The notes under the pieces are model-generated. The model saw only the letters and a program-made list of their open reading frames with translations, had not been told where the DNA came from and did no database searches. A stretch of 64,000 nt of DNA from Vicinamibacteria bacterium (GTDB taxonomy: Bacteria; Acidobacteriota; Vicinamibacteria; Marinacidobacterales; Marinacidobacteraceae): the NCBI GenBank assembly GCA_963422395.1, contig OY729431.1, positions 320,001-384,000 of the forward strand, read 5' to 3'. Every line of letters starts with the position of its first letter. The first letter of the stretch is position 1. This document shows positions 1 through 9,687 of this stretch, piece after piece. The position numbers were made by a program, and so were the translations under genes.

Positions 1-128
1 GGAAAGTCGTTGGCGAAGGCGCAGACAGCTTCCCCGAATTTAGCGGTGTTCTTGAGCGCGGTGGTGAACTCGACGCGGTCCGACTCGCCGCCGGCCAGCA
101 GAGCGCGCAATGGCGCGTCGGTCAGCAC
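1..128 (-). CDS. AlbA_2 (Schlafen-like) DNA-binding domain protein, N-terminus only (runs off window edge)
   Basis: Manual translation from GTG 128: MLTDAPLRALLAGGESDRVEFTTALKNTAKFGEAVCAFANDF; ES-x-x-VEF and AFAN motifs are typical of AlbA_2. Confidence 0.75.
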   Translation of the reverse strand, partial: MLTDAPLRALLAGGESDRVEFTTALKNTAKFGEAVCAFANDF

Positions 129-147
129 GGCAAATGCCGGGGGCGAG

Positions 148-717
148 TCAAGGGCCGAGCTTCCGGCCGGTGATGCCGAGCTCTTCGGCGTGGGGGCGGA
201 GGGCGCCGACGATGAACTCGATGTGCTCCCCCAGGTCCGCCCCGAGGAGTTCGGCGCCGACGCGGCATTCATGGCGCTCGACCTTCGCCGCGAACGCCTT
301 GTCCCGGAGCTTCTTCTTCACGCTGCGGGCGCCGAGCGTCCGAACCCCTTCGGGCCGCACCAGGCAGCAGGCGACGATGAACCCGGTGAGCTCGTCGCAG
401 GCGAGCAGAGCCTTGTCCATCGGAGATCGCAGCGGCACGCTCCACTTCGTGTAATGCCCGGAGATCGCGTAGGCCATTTCTTCCTCACCGCGCTCGCGCA
501 GCCAGGCGACGATGCGCTTCGGGTGCTCCTCCGGCCACTTCTCGTAGTCGGCGTCGTGGAGCATCCCCGCGATTCCCCAGACTTCGACATCGGCTTCGGG
601 TCCACCGTAACGGCCGGCGGCCGCCCGCATGACGACTTCCACGGCGCGGGCGTGTTTGCGCAGCGAATCCGTCTCGCACCAGGCGGTTAGATGCGACCAG
701 GCTTCACCGCGGGTCAT
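148..717 (-). CDS. HD-domain (HDIG-type) metal-dependent phosphohydrolase
   Basis: SLRKHARAVE, GMLHDADYE and ACDELTG motifs; ATG overlaps the DoxX stop (ATGA). Confidence 0.85.
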   Translation of the reverse strand: MTRGEAWSHLTAWCETDSLRKHARAVEVVMRAAAGRYGGPEADVEVWGIAGMLHDADYEKWPEEHPKRIVAWLRERGEEEMAYAISGHYTKWSVPLRSPMDKALLACDELTGFIVACCLVRPEGVRTLGARSVKKKLRDKAFAAKVERHECRVGAELLGADLGEHIEFIVGALRPHAEELGITGRKLGP

Positions 718-1118
718 GCCGATTCCTTTCCCCGCGGCGCACAGCAGGCCGCGACGCTCCACTTCCCGGCGCCCGCCGCGGCGAGGAACAGGAACAGAAA
801 GCAGTAGAGCACGGCGGGTTCGCCGTCGTTCTGGACGGGCAGCAGGCCATCCGGCTGATGGCGGTAGAAGTAGGCCACCGCCATCTGTCCCGAAGCCAGC
901 AACGCCGCCGGACGCACCCAGTAGCCGATCAGCACCAGCCCGCCGGTGACGAATTCGACGATTCCTGCGGTGTTGTAGAGCCAAGCCGGGGAGTAGGGCG
1001 TTCCCTCGCCGAGGATGGCTGCGACCGCGATCGCTCCGTGGCAGAAGAACGAAAAGCCGACGACGATGCGCAGGAGGGCGTACGCCGTGTCGCGGTGGTG
1101 GGTGAGGAGGGTCCTCAT
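714..1118 (-). CDS. DoxX family membrane protein
   Basis: YALLRIVVG..HG, GQMAVAYF and GAGKWSV motifs; several TM segments; ATGA overlap. Confidence 0.88.
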   Translation of the reverse strand: MRTLLTHHRDTAYALLRIVVGFSFFCHGAIAVAAILGEGTPYSPAWLYNTAGIVEFVTGGLVLIGYWVRPAALLASGQMAVAYFYRHQPDGLLPVQNDGEPAVLYCFLFLFLAAAGAGKWSVAACCAPRGKESA

Positions 1119-3112
1119 GGAGAGTCTCCGCTTCGTTTTCTCGAGGGTAAGCTGTCGAGAGGGAGGGCGAGGGCCACGAATTCCCCCGGAAAGCCGCGGC
1201 CGCCGACCGCTACCACGATGACCTGCCGTCCGCCGGCGAGATAACTCATCGGCGTTCCCGACTGGTTCGCCGGCAGTTCGAACTCCCACTGGATCTCGCC
1301 GGTCGCCTTGTCGTGGGCGCGCAGCATCGGCCCGCCCGACCCGTAGGCGGCGAAGAGGCCGCTTCCTTCACCGGCGAAGAGCAGCGTCTTCGTGACCAGC
1401 AGGCCTCCGCGGTCGGGTTGGCCGGTGCGCTCCAGCTCGATACTGGAGAGTGCCGGATGTTCCCGAACCCAATCGGGGGTGTCGCTGTTCGGGACCTGCC
1501 AGCGGATCTCGCCGCGGTTCAGATCGATGGCGGTGATGAGGCCCCAGGGAGGCTTCAGCAGCGGGAGGCCCTGCGGTCCGCCGCCCTCGGGGAGCCGGAG
1601 GTCGCCCCGCCGCCCTTGGACGAAACGCATCGAAGACCGCTCGGGATCGTGGACCAGCCCCAGCACATTCACATCCAGCCCCGAGGAGACATAGAGCAAC
1701 CCGGTCTCGGGGTCGGCAGCCACGCTCGGCCAGTTGGCACCGCCGAGCGCTCCCGGAACCGTCAAGGTTCCCCGGTTGCCGCCTTTCTCGACCACTGTCG
1801 GGGGGGTGAAGAGCGGCCCGAGCGTGTAACGCTCCGCGATTCGTTCCGCCTCGGCGCGAAGCTCGGGGGTGAAATCGAGCAGGTCGGCCGGCGAAACTCC
1901 CTGCCGCTGGAAGGGCGGAGGCTTCGTGGGGAAGGGCTGGGTGGACGCGGTCTTCTCGCCGGGCACTGCGGATCCCGCGACCGGGCGCTCTTCGATGGGC
2001 CAGACCGGCTCGCCGGTGCGGCGGTCGAAGACGAAGGTGAACGCCTGTTTCGTCACCTGGGCGAGGGCGGGAATTTCGCGCCCCTCCACGGTGAGGTCGA
2101 GGAGCACCGGCGCGGTCGGCAGGTCGTAGTCCCAGATGCCGTGATGGACGGTCTGGAAGTGCCAGCGCCGCAGCCCGGTCCGTACTTCGAGAGCCACCAC
2201 GCTCTGGGTGAACAGGTTGTCGCCGGGGCGGTGACCGCCGTAGTAGTCGCCGGTGCCCGCCTCGGTGGGCAGGTACACCAGTCCGAGTTCGGGGTCGGCG
2301 CTCATCCACGACCAGACGCCGCCGTTCCCGGTGAAGCGCCAGCTGTCCGCCTCCCAGGTCTCCCAGCCGTACTCCCCCTTCCGGGGAATCGGGTGGAAGG
2401 TCCAGAGCAGCTCGCCGCTTCGCGTGTCGTACCCGCGGACCGGCGAAGGCGGACTCTCCGGCGAAGGCGGCGCTCCGCCGCTCGGAAGCGCCGCTCCCAC
2501 CACGATCACATCGCCCACCACGGTCGCCGGTGCCGAAGAGCCGATCTGCGCCCGCTCGGTATCCACTTCCCGTCCCAGATCGCGGCGGAGATCCACCATG
2601 CCGTCGAGGCCGAAACCCGGGACCGCCCGTCCGCTGGCGGCGTCCAGCGCGACCAGGTGGTACGCCGGGGTCACCAGGAAGAGCCGCGCCTCCTTTCCGT
2701 CAGACCAATAGGAGAGTCCCCGCCCCGAGGTCTGCCGCGGCGCCGAGCGGCCGCGCCGGCCCTCGTCGAGGCGGTACATCCAGAGCGTCTCTCCGGTCAG
2801 GGCGTCGATCGCCACCGCCACCCGGCGAGCTCCCGCGGTTGCGTAGAGGACGCCGTCGATCATCAGCGGGGTGGTGCGCAGGTTCCAGTCGTCTCGCGGG
2901 CCGAAGTTCCGCGAGGTCCAGCGCCAGAGGATCTCCAGCTCGCCCACATTTCCGGAGTGGATCTGATCGAGCGGCGAGTAGCGGGTAGAGGCGAGGTCGG
3001 CGGCGTAATGAGGCCATTCCCCCTCGGCCCGTTCCTGCGCGGCGGCCCCTGCGGCAACGGTCACGCAGACTGCGCCGACCGCTCCGAGCCCCGTCAGTCG
3101 CCGGAGTACCAA
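1115..3112 (-). CDS. PQQ-dependent glucose/quinate-type dehydrogenase
   Basis: RYSPLDQI, TTPLMIDGVLY, HHGIWDYD, GGANW and KPPWG motifs; signal peptide; TTG start approximate. Confidence 0.9.
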   Translation of the reverse strand: MVLRRLTGLGAVGAVCVTVAAGAAAQERAEGEWPHYAADLASTRYSPLDQIHSGNVGELEILWRWTSRNFGPRDDWNLRTTPLMIDGVLYATAGARRVAVAIDALTGETLWMYRLDEGRRGRSAPRQTSGRGLSYWSDGKEARLFLVTPAYHLVALDAASGRAVPGFGLDGMVDLRRDLGREVDTERAQIGSSAPATVVGDVIVVGAALPSGGAPPSPESPPSPVRGYDTRSGELLWTFHPIPRKGEYGWETWEADSWRFTGNGGVWSWMSADPELGLVYLPTEAGTGDYYGGHRPGDNLFTQSVVALEVRTGLRRWHFQTVHHGIWDYDLPTAPVLLDLTVEGREIPALAQVTKQAFTFVFDRRTGEPVWPIEERPVAGSAVPGEKTASTQPFPTKPPPFQRQGVSPADLLDFTPELRAEAERIAERYTLGPLFTPPTVVEKGGNRGTLTVPGALGGANWPSVAADPETGLLYVSSGLDVNVLGLVHDPERSSMRFVQGRRGDLRLPEGGGPQGLPLLKPPWGLITAIDLNRGEIRWQVPNSDTPDWVREHPALSSIELERTGQPDRGGLLVTKTLLFAGEGSGLFAAYGSGGPMLRAHDKATGEIQWEFELPANQSGTPMSYLAGGRQVIVVAVGGRGFPGEFVALALPLDSLPSRKRSGDSP

Positions 3113-4263
3113 ATTCGGTAGATCGCTCCCGCCCGGTCGTCGGAGACGAGAATGCTGCCGTCGGGCAGCTCGAGGATGTCCACCGGCCGGCCCCAGGGGC
3201 GCTCTTCGGGAGCGCCGATCCAGCCGGTGACGAAGTCCTCGTAGCCGGTGGCGGCTCCATCGGCGGTGCGGACCAGGGTGAGCCGGTAGCCGATGCGCTC
3301 GCTGCGGTTCCACGAGCCGTGTTCGGCGACGAGCGCTTGTCCGCGGTATTCCTCGGGGAACCGGTCGCCCCGATAGAAGGTCATCCCGATCGCTGCCACA
3401 TGAGGCCCGAGTTTCTGCGTCGGCGGCTCGAACTCCTCGCAGGGACGCTCCCGGCCGTACCAGGGGTCCGGGACATCGCCGGCGTGGCAATACGGATAGC
3501 CGAAGTGAAGCCCCGGTTCGGTGAGGATGTTCATCTCGCCGGGTGGGTTGTCGTCGCCGAGCCAGTCCGGATTGTTGTCGGTGAACCACATCTGCCCGGT
3601 CTCGGGGTGCCAGTCGAAACCGACCGACATCCGAACGCCGCGCGCCGCGACCTCGAGCTCGGTCCCGTCGGGCCGCATCCGGGCGATGGAGGCGAAGAGC
3701 GGGTTTGCCGAATCGCAGCGGTTGCAGGGCGCTCCGATGGGAAGATAGAGCAGCCCGTCGGGACCGAAGGCGAGGAACTTCCAGCCGTGGTGCCGCATGT
3801 CCGGAAGATCCGCGTTCACGATCTCGGGTTCGCCGGGATCTTCCAACCGAGCTTCGATGGCGGGGAAGCGGAGGATTCGGTTCACTTCGGCGACATAGAG
3901 CGCCCCGTCCCGAAACGCCACTCCATTGGGCATGAAGAGCTCCTCGGCGAGGATGTGCACTTCGTCGGCTTCGTGGTCGCCGTTGCGGTCCGCGACCGCA
4001 AAGACGCTGCCGGCGGCGTCCCGGGTGCCGACGAAGACGGTGCCCCGGTCGCCGAGAGTCAGCGAGCGGGCACCGGGGACCCGTCCCCAGACCGAGATCT
4101 GGAAACCCGGCGGCAAGTGGAGTCGGTCGAGCGGGAGGGCGCTGCTCGCGGCCGCGCTTTCGGAGAGGGGGATCGTCTCGGTGCGAGGCGCCTCCCCGGT
4201 CCCGCAACCGAGCACCGCCAGCGCGGCGACGGCGGCTGCGGCAGTTCGGAGCGAAGCGGTCAA
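3094..4263 (-). CDS. PQQ-dependent sugar/sorbosone dehydrogenase family lipoprotein
   Basis: HHGWKFLAFGPDG, IGAPCN, EHGSWNR and GRPVD motifs; lipobox VLGC; TTG overlaps upstream stop. Confidence 0.87.
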   Translation of the reverse strand: MTASLRTAAAAVAALAVLGCGTGEAPRTETIPLSESAAASSALPLDRLHLPPGFQISVWGRVPGARSLTLGDRGTVFVGTRDAAGSVFAVADRNGDHEADEVHILAEELFMPNGVAFRDGALYVAEVNRILRFPAIEARLEDPGEPEIVNADLPDMRHHGWKFLAFGPDGLLYLPIGAPCNRCDSANPLFASIARMRPDGTELEVAARGVRMSVGFDWHPETGQMWFTDNNPDWLGDDNPPGEMNILTEPGLHFGYPYCHAGDVPDPWYGRERPCEEFEPPTQKLGPHVAAIGMTFYRGDRFPEEYRGQALVAEHGSWNRSERIGYRLTLVRTADGAATGYEDFVTGWIGAPEERPWGRPVDILELPDGSILVSDDRAGAIYRIWYSGD

Positions 4264-5873
4264 TTCGCCGTGTCGGCCCGCGGGACCGCCTCTGCCAGCA
4301 GTGCGAGCGCGTTCTGCAAGGCCCGGTTGGCGCTTCCGTCGAGCGAGCCCTGGTAGAGACCCAGCCGGGCGATCACCATCTCGTGTTCCGGCACGATGAT
4401 CGTGCTCTGTCCGCCCGCACCGGCCATGCTGTAGGTGCTGTTCGGCAGCGCGGGGAATCGCTTTTCTCCGCCGCGCGGCGGGTTGTTGATCCAGAAGAGC
4501 CCGCCGTAGATCGGGCGGCCGTCGGCCTCCCACGAGGGAGCGACAGTTCTCACGAACTCGGCGAAACCCTCGGCGAGCACCCGCTCGCCGGCGGGAGACA
4601 CTCCGTCGTCGAGATAGAGCTGGCCGAGACGCGCCCAGGTGCGCCCGCTGCCGAACCCGTAACCGTTCAGCAGGAAGTTGCCGTAGGGGTCTCCCTCGGC
4701 AACGAAGCGGTTCGCTCCGATCTCGTCGAAGAGATGCTTCTGCGCGAATTGGTGGTAGTTCTCCTGCAGAACTCCCTCGACCCCCATCCGCACGAGGTGG
4801 TTCGTCAGTACTGGATCGCAGTTGCGGTAGCGGCCCACCGTGTTGGGCGGCCACTGCGCGGGCCGCTCGGTCGCCCAGACATGGGAGTTCACGGTGCCGG
4901 TGTAGAGGTAGAGATGGTCGGGGTACCCCATCGTCTCCTCGTCGTACTCGGGGTCGCCGGCGTTGACGCAGCGGAGGCCGCTCGACATCTGGAGGATGTC
5001 CCGGATACGGATCGTGCCCCGCACATCGTCAGGATCCTGGTGCCAGGAATCGATCGGGGCCAGCTGGTCCAGTTCGTAGACCTCCTTCTCGATGAGCACT
5101 CCCATCAGGGTGGCTGAAAGACTTTTGTTCATGGACCAGCTCTCGAGCGGGGTGTCTTTGGTGATTCCGTCTTCGTCGCGGTAACGCTCGGCGATCAGAT
5201 GTCCCCGGTGCAAGACCACGAAGGCGAGGGTCATCGCTTCCGGCTCGAAGGCCGCCGCTACCGCCCGCTGCAGCTTCTCGGCGTCCACATCCTCGGGGAG
5301 CGGCTCGTCTTCGAGCACATCGCCCATCGGCCAGGGATCATCCTGATCGACCATCGAAGATACCGGAACGGCCTCGTAGAAGGGTGCTTCTTCCCCCTGA
5401 GGAAGCGCGACGCATCCCTGGTCGCCGTGGAGGACCGCAGTGCGTGTGATCCCGGTGTCGGTGGTGATGTGGACGCGCTCGTTCTCCATGTCGATCTCGC
5501 GGCCGGGGAGTCGCGGGCGGTACTGGTACCGAGCGGTGAATCCCCCGATCTGCTCCTGGGCGGCTTCGAAGTCGAGTCCGGTCAGAAAGACCGCCGAGCA
5601 GAGCACCTTGGCGAATCCGGCGGCTTCGTGCTCGATGAAGCCGTTCGGATCCATGCCGCCGGGAGGCGGTATCCGCTCGGTGTCCTGCTCGTACTGGGCC
5701 GCGCGGAAGATCAGGCATTCCCCTGGGCTCATCTCCTCGGAGCAGGGCTGTTCCAGCGACAGGTCGTCCCCGTCGTTTCCGGCGCTGCCGCAGCCGAAGA
5801 GCGCGGCGGCGAACCCGAGAGCGAGCCCCGCGGCGAATCGCTGTCGGAGCCGGTGGAGCCGGTGATTTCTCAT
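4260..5873 (-). CDS. Serine hydrolase, beta-lactamase family lipoprotein
   Basis: SxxK (SWSMNKS), YRN and GAGGQ motifs; lipobox LFGC. Confidence 0.85.
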   Translation of the reverse strand: MRNHRLHRLRQRFAAGLALGFAAALFGCGSAGNDGDDLSLEQPCSEEMSPGECLIFRAAQYEQDTERIPPPGGMDPNGFIEHEAAGFAKVLCSAVFLTGLDFEAAQEQIGGFTARYQYRPRLPGREIDMENERVHITTDTGITRTAVLHGDQGCVALPQGEEAPFYEAVPVSSMVDQDDPWPMGDVLEDEPLPEDVDAEKLQRAVAAAFEPEAMTLAFVVLHRGHLIAERYRDEDGITKDTPLESWSMNKSLSATLMGVLIEKEVYELDQLAPIDSWHQDPDDVRGTIRIRDILQMSSGLRCVNAGDPEYDEETMGYPDHLYLYTGTVNSHVWATERPAQWPPNTVGRYRNCDPVLTNHLVRMGVEGVLQENYHQFAQKHLFDEIGANRFVAEGDPYGNFLLNGYGFGSGRTWARLGQLYLDDGVSPAGERVLAEGFAEFVRTVAPSWEADGRPIYGGLFWINNPPRGGEKRFPALPNSTYSMAGAGGQSTIIVPEHEMVIARLGLYQGSLDGSANRALQNALALLAEAVPRADTAN

Positions 5874-6007
5874 GGTGTCTCCTTCCGCCGCGCCCGCGCT
5901 GCGCCAGGGTTCGGCGGCTCGTTCGCGGGCGAGATTCAGGCTGACGATTCTATGGGTGCCGAGCCGGCGGCGGAGAACCGTTCCCGGCGTCCCGCAAAAG
6001 CGGGCTG

Positions 6008-6203
6008 CTAACAGCCTGTGGACGAAGTCACACGGCCAAAGGCCGGCGATGCCCAGTCCTCCCGGTGGGGCCCCGCCTGAATGCTTCGCTCGGCGTTGTT
6101 GCGATTCCGTCGGAATACACCCGGTATGCCCCCGAATCGCGCCTTGTCCGCCGGGCGCCTCCCCGATCTTGGGGCTCGCGCCACTTCATCCACAGACTGC
6201 TAG
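6008..6203. mobile_element. MITE-like non-autonomous element, complete copy
   Basis: 17-bp imperfect terminal inverted repeats cagcctgtggacgaagt (6012-6028) and acttcatccacagactg (6183-6199), flanked by CTAA/CTAG; the ends recur at 9491 and 57221-57280. Confidence 0.7.
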
Positions 6204-6304
6204 GGTTGCGTTGTCATGCCGGCGGCCGGGGCCACGACCCGGGATGGGGACGCCGGTTCGGGAGCGAGCCCCGCCGCCTGCAACGCCGAGCCCCTTCCGT
6301 CCGG

Positions 6305-8584
6305 ATGAAGAGGAGCCGGCGCCCCGCTGGCGCGCGGGTAGTGCTCGTCGGGGGAGGGCACTCGCATGTGCAGGTACTCCGGCGGATGGCGATGCGCCCC
6401 TGGCCGGAAGCGCAGGTCACCGTGATCCTCGACACTCCGGTGGCGATCTATTCCGGGATGGTTCCCGGGTTCGTGGCCGGGCAGTACCGGGGATCCGAGC
6501 TGGAGATCGATGTCGTGCCGCTCGCGCGGCTCGCCGGCGCCGAAGTGGTGCTCAGCCCGGCGATCGGGGTGGACCCGGACGCCCGGCGAGTGCACCTCGA
6601 AGGAAGGGCGCCGCTCGGCTTCGACTTCGCTTCCTTCGATATCGGGAGCACCGTAGCCGGGCTCGATCTTCCCGGGGTGCGCGAGCGGGCCCGCGCCACC
6701 CGGCCGATCTCCCGCCTGGTGCGCGAGATCGGCAGCCTCTCCGAATCGTTTCTCGCCCACCGCGCCGACCGGCCCTTCGAAGTGCTGATCGCCGGAGGGG
6801 GCGCCGGGGGCGTCGAACTGGCCTTCACCGTGCGAGAGCGGCTGCTCGCAGCGGCTCGCCAAGCCGGAGTCGAGCCGCGGCTTCGGGTCACCCTGCTCCA
6901 GGCGCTTCCCGAGATCCTCCCGGGGTTTCCGGCGTCGCTCGCGGTTCGGGCGCGGCGAAACGCGGCCGCCCGCGGGATCGCGATCCGCACCGGCGACGCG
7001 GTGGAGGCAGCCGAGGACGGCGGCGTCCGGCTCGAAAGCGGCGAAAAGCTCCCGGCGGACTCCCTGATCTGGGCGGTCGGCGCCGGGAGCCTCGAGGTCT
7101 TCCGCGATTCGGGATTGCCGCTCGAGAGCAGGGGGTTCGTGCTCACCCGGCCAACGCTCCAGACGGTGGGCGATCCGAGGATATTCGCCGTTGGGGATTG
7201 CGCCACACTCGAAGACTGGCCGGGAACGCCGAAGGCGGGTGTATATGCGGTGCGCCAGGGGCCGGTGCTGGCCGAAAACCTGCGCCGGGCGGTTTCCGGC
7301 CGAACCCTTCGCCGCTACCGCCCGCAGTTCGATTTCCTGACCCTGCTGAATCTGGGTGACGGCGCCGCGCTCGGCGCCAAGTGGGGGCGCTCCTTCGAAG
7401 GCCGCTGGGTGATGCGCTGGAAGGACCGGATAGACCGTCGCTTCATGCGGAAGTTCCAGGTGCTCGACGAGAGTGGCGCCGCCACGCGGGAATTCTCCCG
7501 GATGGACACCGCCGCGATGGAGTCCATGCTCTGCGGCGGCTGCGCGGCCAAGGCCGGACAGACGACCCTCGACCGTGCGCTTCACCGCCTTCGGTCCGAA
7601 CTCGGCCCCGGACCGCGCGGGAGCGGCGATCGGGTTCGGCTCGGGCTCGACCAGTCCGACGACGCCGCTGCCTATGCGACCGCGGGCGGAGAGGTGGTGG
7701 TGTCGAGCGTGGACTGGTTCCGGGCGTTCAGCGGCGACCGCTGGCTGGTCGGCAAGGCGGCGGCGGCCAACGCGCTTTCCGACCTCTTCGCTACCGGCGC
7801 CGCGCCGCGCTACGCCATGGCGCTGGTCAACCTGCCCGAGGAGGAATCCCCGGATCAGCAGGAGGAGATCCTGTACCAGGTGCTCGCCGGCGCCCGTTCG
7901 TTGCTCGACGCCCGCGGCGTTCTACTGCTCGGCGGCCACACCACCGTGGGCCCGGAGCTCACCGTCGGGTTTTCGGTGGACGGACACCCGATCGGAGAAC
8001 GACTCCTGACCCTCGACGGCCTCCGGGCCGGCGATGGGCTCTACCTCACGAAGCGGCTTGGAACTGGAGTCGTGCTGCGCGGAGTCATGCTGGGGAGGGG
8101 GCGCGGCGCGTGGCTCGAGGCTGCAACCGCCCAGATGGTGTGCCCCAACGAAAGGGCGGCTGGCGCTGCGGTCGCCGCCGGCCTCCGGGCTGCCACCGAC
8201 ATCACCGGATTCGGCTTCCTGACGCATCTCGCCGAGATGCTGCGGGCGAGCGGGGTGTCCGCCGAGATCGAGGCCGCTGCGCTCCCCGCGCTTCCCGGCG
8301 CGGAGGAACTCTTCGCCGCCGGCCTCCGGAGCACCGCCCACCAGCAGAACCGGAAGATCGTCAAAGCGGTGCGGGTCGAGCCCGGCGCCTCGCAGGAACC
8401 TCGCTTCGAACTGCTCTTCGATCCCCAGACCGGCGGCGGCTTCCTCGCCGGAGTGCCGGAGTCGCACGCGGAGGATTTCCTCGGCCGGCTCCGCGAAGCG
8501 GATGTCGGAGCGGTCCGGGTGGGAACGGTGATCCCCCGTCCGGACGACGGTGCGGCGGCCGTGATTCGCCGCCGGCGGTCGTGA
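6305..8584 (+). CDS. selD: FAD-dependent oxidoreductase (NDH-2-like) fused to selenide,water dikinase
   Basis: N-terminal VLVGGGHSH, YSGMVPG and PKAGVYAVRQG; C-terminal CGGCAAK, DDAA, NALSD, GGHT, TDITGFG and DPQTGGG. Confidence 0.9.
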   Translation: MKRSRRPAGARVVLVGGGHSHVQVLRRMAMRPWPEAQVTVILDTPVAIYSGMVPGFVAGQYRGSELEIDVVPLARLAGAEVVLSPAIGVDPDARRVHLEGRAPLGFDFASFDIGSTVAGLDLPGVRERARATRPISRLVREIGSLSESFLAHRADRPFEVLIAGGGAGGVELAFTVRERLLAAARQAGVEPRLRVTLLQALPEILPGFPASLAVRARRNAAARGIAIRTGDAVEAAEDGGVRLESGEKLPADSLIWAVGAGSLEVFRDSGLPLESRGFVLTRPTLQTVGDPRIFAVGDCATLEDWPGTPKAGVYAVRQGPVLAENLRRAVSGRTLRRYRPQFDFLTLLNLGDGAALGAKWGRSFEGRWVMRWKDRIDRRFMRKFQVLDESGAATREFSRMDTAAMESMLCGGCAAKAGQTTLDRALHRLRSELGPGPRGSGDRVRLGLDQSDDAAAYATAGGEVVVSSVDWFRAFSGDRWLVGKAAAANALSDLFATGAAPRYAMALVNLPEEESPDQQEEILYQVLAGARSLLDARGVLLLGGHTTVGPELTVGFSVDGHPIGERLLTLDGLRAGDGLYLTKRLGTGVVLRGVMLGRGRGAWLEAATAQMVCPNERAAGAAVAAGLRAATDITGFGFLTHLAEMLRASGVSAEIEAAALPALPGAEELFAAGLRSTAHQQNRKIVKAVRVEPGASQEPRFELLFDPQTGGGFLAGVPESHAEDFLGRLREADVGAVRVGTVIPRPDDGAAAVIRRRRS

Positions 8585-9468
8585 GTTCCGTCCGAGCCGG
8601 GCTTCTCCGGTTCGTGAAGATGTCGGGCGCCGGCAACGATTTCGTGCTGGTGGACAACCGGGGAGCGGAGGTTCGGGAATCGGCGAAGCCGGCGCTGGCC
8701 CGCGGGGTCTGCCGCCGCCGGCTCGGGGTGGGCGCCGACGGGCTCATCCTGATCGAGCCGTTGGGTGGTCTTCCGAGAAATGAGTTGCTGGGGACGACCG
8801 GCGGCGCAGACTTCGTGATGCGTTACTTCAACGCCGATGGCAGCGAAGGCGAGCTGTGCGGCAACGGGGCACGGTGCGCCGCGGTGTTCGCCTGCGAAAT
8901 CGGTGCGGGTGCTGCCCGGCAGACGATCTCCACTCCGGCGGGGGTCCTGCGCGCGGAAATCCTGTCCCCCGGTCCGGCAGCGGCGGGGACCTCCACCGTG
9001 GAAGTGGAGATGCCGGAGCCTGGGGCGATTCGCCGGCTGCAGCTGCACGGCCTCTCCGGTGAGGACGGCGAGGTTTTCGCCCTGCGGGTCGGGGTGCCGC
9101 ACGCGGTCGAGGTCGTGCCGGATCTCGCGGCGGTGGATGGGGAGGGCCGCGGCGCGGAGATTCGCCGGCACCCGGCCTTTCCGGCGGGGACGAACGCGAA
9201 CTTCATCACGATCGAGGAAGACACCGGCGAGATCGGCCTCCGAACTTTCGAGCGCGGGGTGGAAGCGGAAACGCTGGCGTGCGGGACGGGAGCGATCGCT
9301 GCGGCCTCGGTGGCGCATCGTTTCTTCCATCGGCCCCCGGTCGCGGCCGTCCGAGTGCGCAGCGGCGATGTCCTCCACATCGGGGTCGGATCCGGAGCGC
9401 CCTGGATGCGGGGCCCCGTCCGGCGGATCTACGAAGGCGTGTATGAGGTGCCGTCGGGTCTCGCCTGA
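8581..9468 (+). CDS. dapF: Diaminopimelate epimerase
   Basis: KMSGAGNDF, NADGS..LCGNG and ERGVEAETLACGTG; GTGA overlap with selD. Confidence 0.95.
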   Translation: MSSVRAGLLRFVKMSGAGNDFVLVDNRGAEVRESAKPALARGVCRRRLGVGADGLILIEPLGGLPRNELLGTTGGADFVMRYFNADGSEGELCGNGARCAAVFACEIGAGAARQTISTPAGVLRAEILSPGPAAAGTSTVEVEMPEPGAIRRLQLHGLSGEDGEVFALRVGVPHAVEVVPDLAAVDGEGRGAEIRRHPAFPAGTNANFITIEEDTGEIGLRTFERGVEAETLACGTGAIAAASVAHRFFHRPPVAAVRVRSGDVLHIGVGSGAPWMRGPVRRIYEGVYEVPSGLA

Positions 9469-9490
9469 CTGGCTTGCCGGTTTGCGTTGG

Positions 9491-9538
9491 CAGTCGGTGG
9501 ATGAAGTGGCGCGAGCACCGAGAGTGGGAGGTGCTCGA
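9491..9538. repeat. Isolated end of the MITE-like element
   Basis: cagtcggtggatgaagtggcgcgagc matches the reverse complement of 6174-6199 at 25/26 positions. Confidence 0.7.
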
Positions 9539-9687
9539 GGGAGCAGCTTCCGTTCCCGCTTTCTGTCAGACGCTCCGGCTGGCGGCGGGACGAGCGAACG
9601 GAACGGTCGCTGCTACCTTCGGATCGCTGTCCGTGCTCTACTACTTCGACGAATCGGTTTTCCCTCCGAATTCAGGAGTCGCCACCC

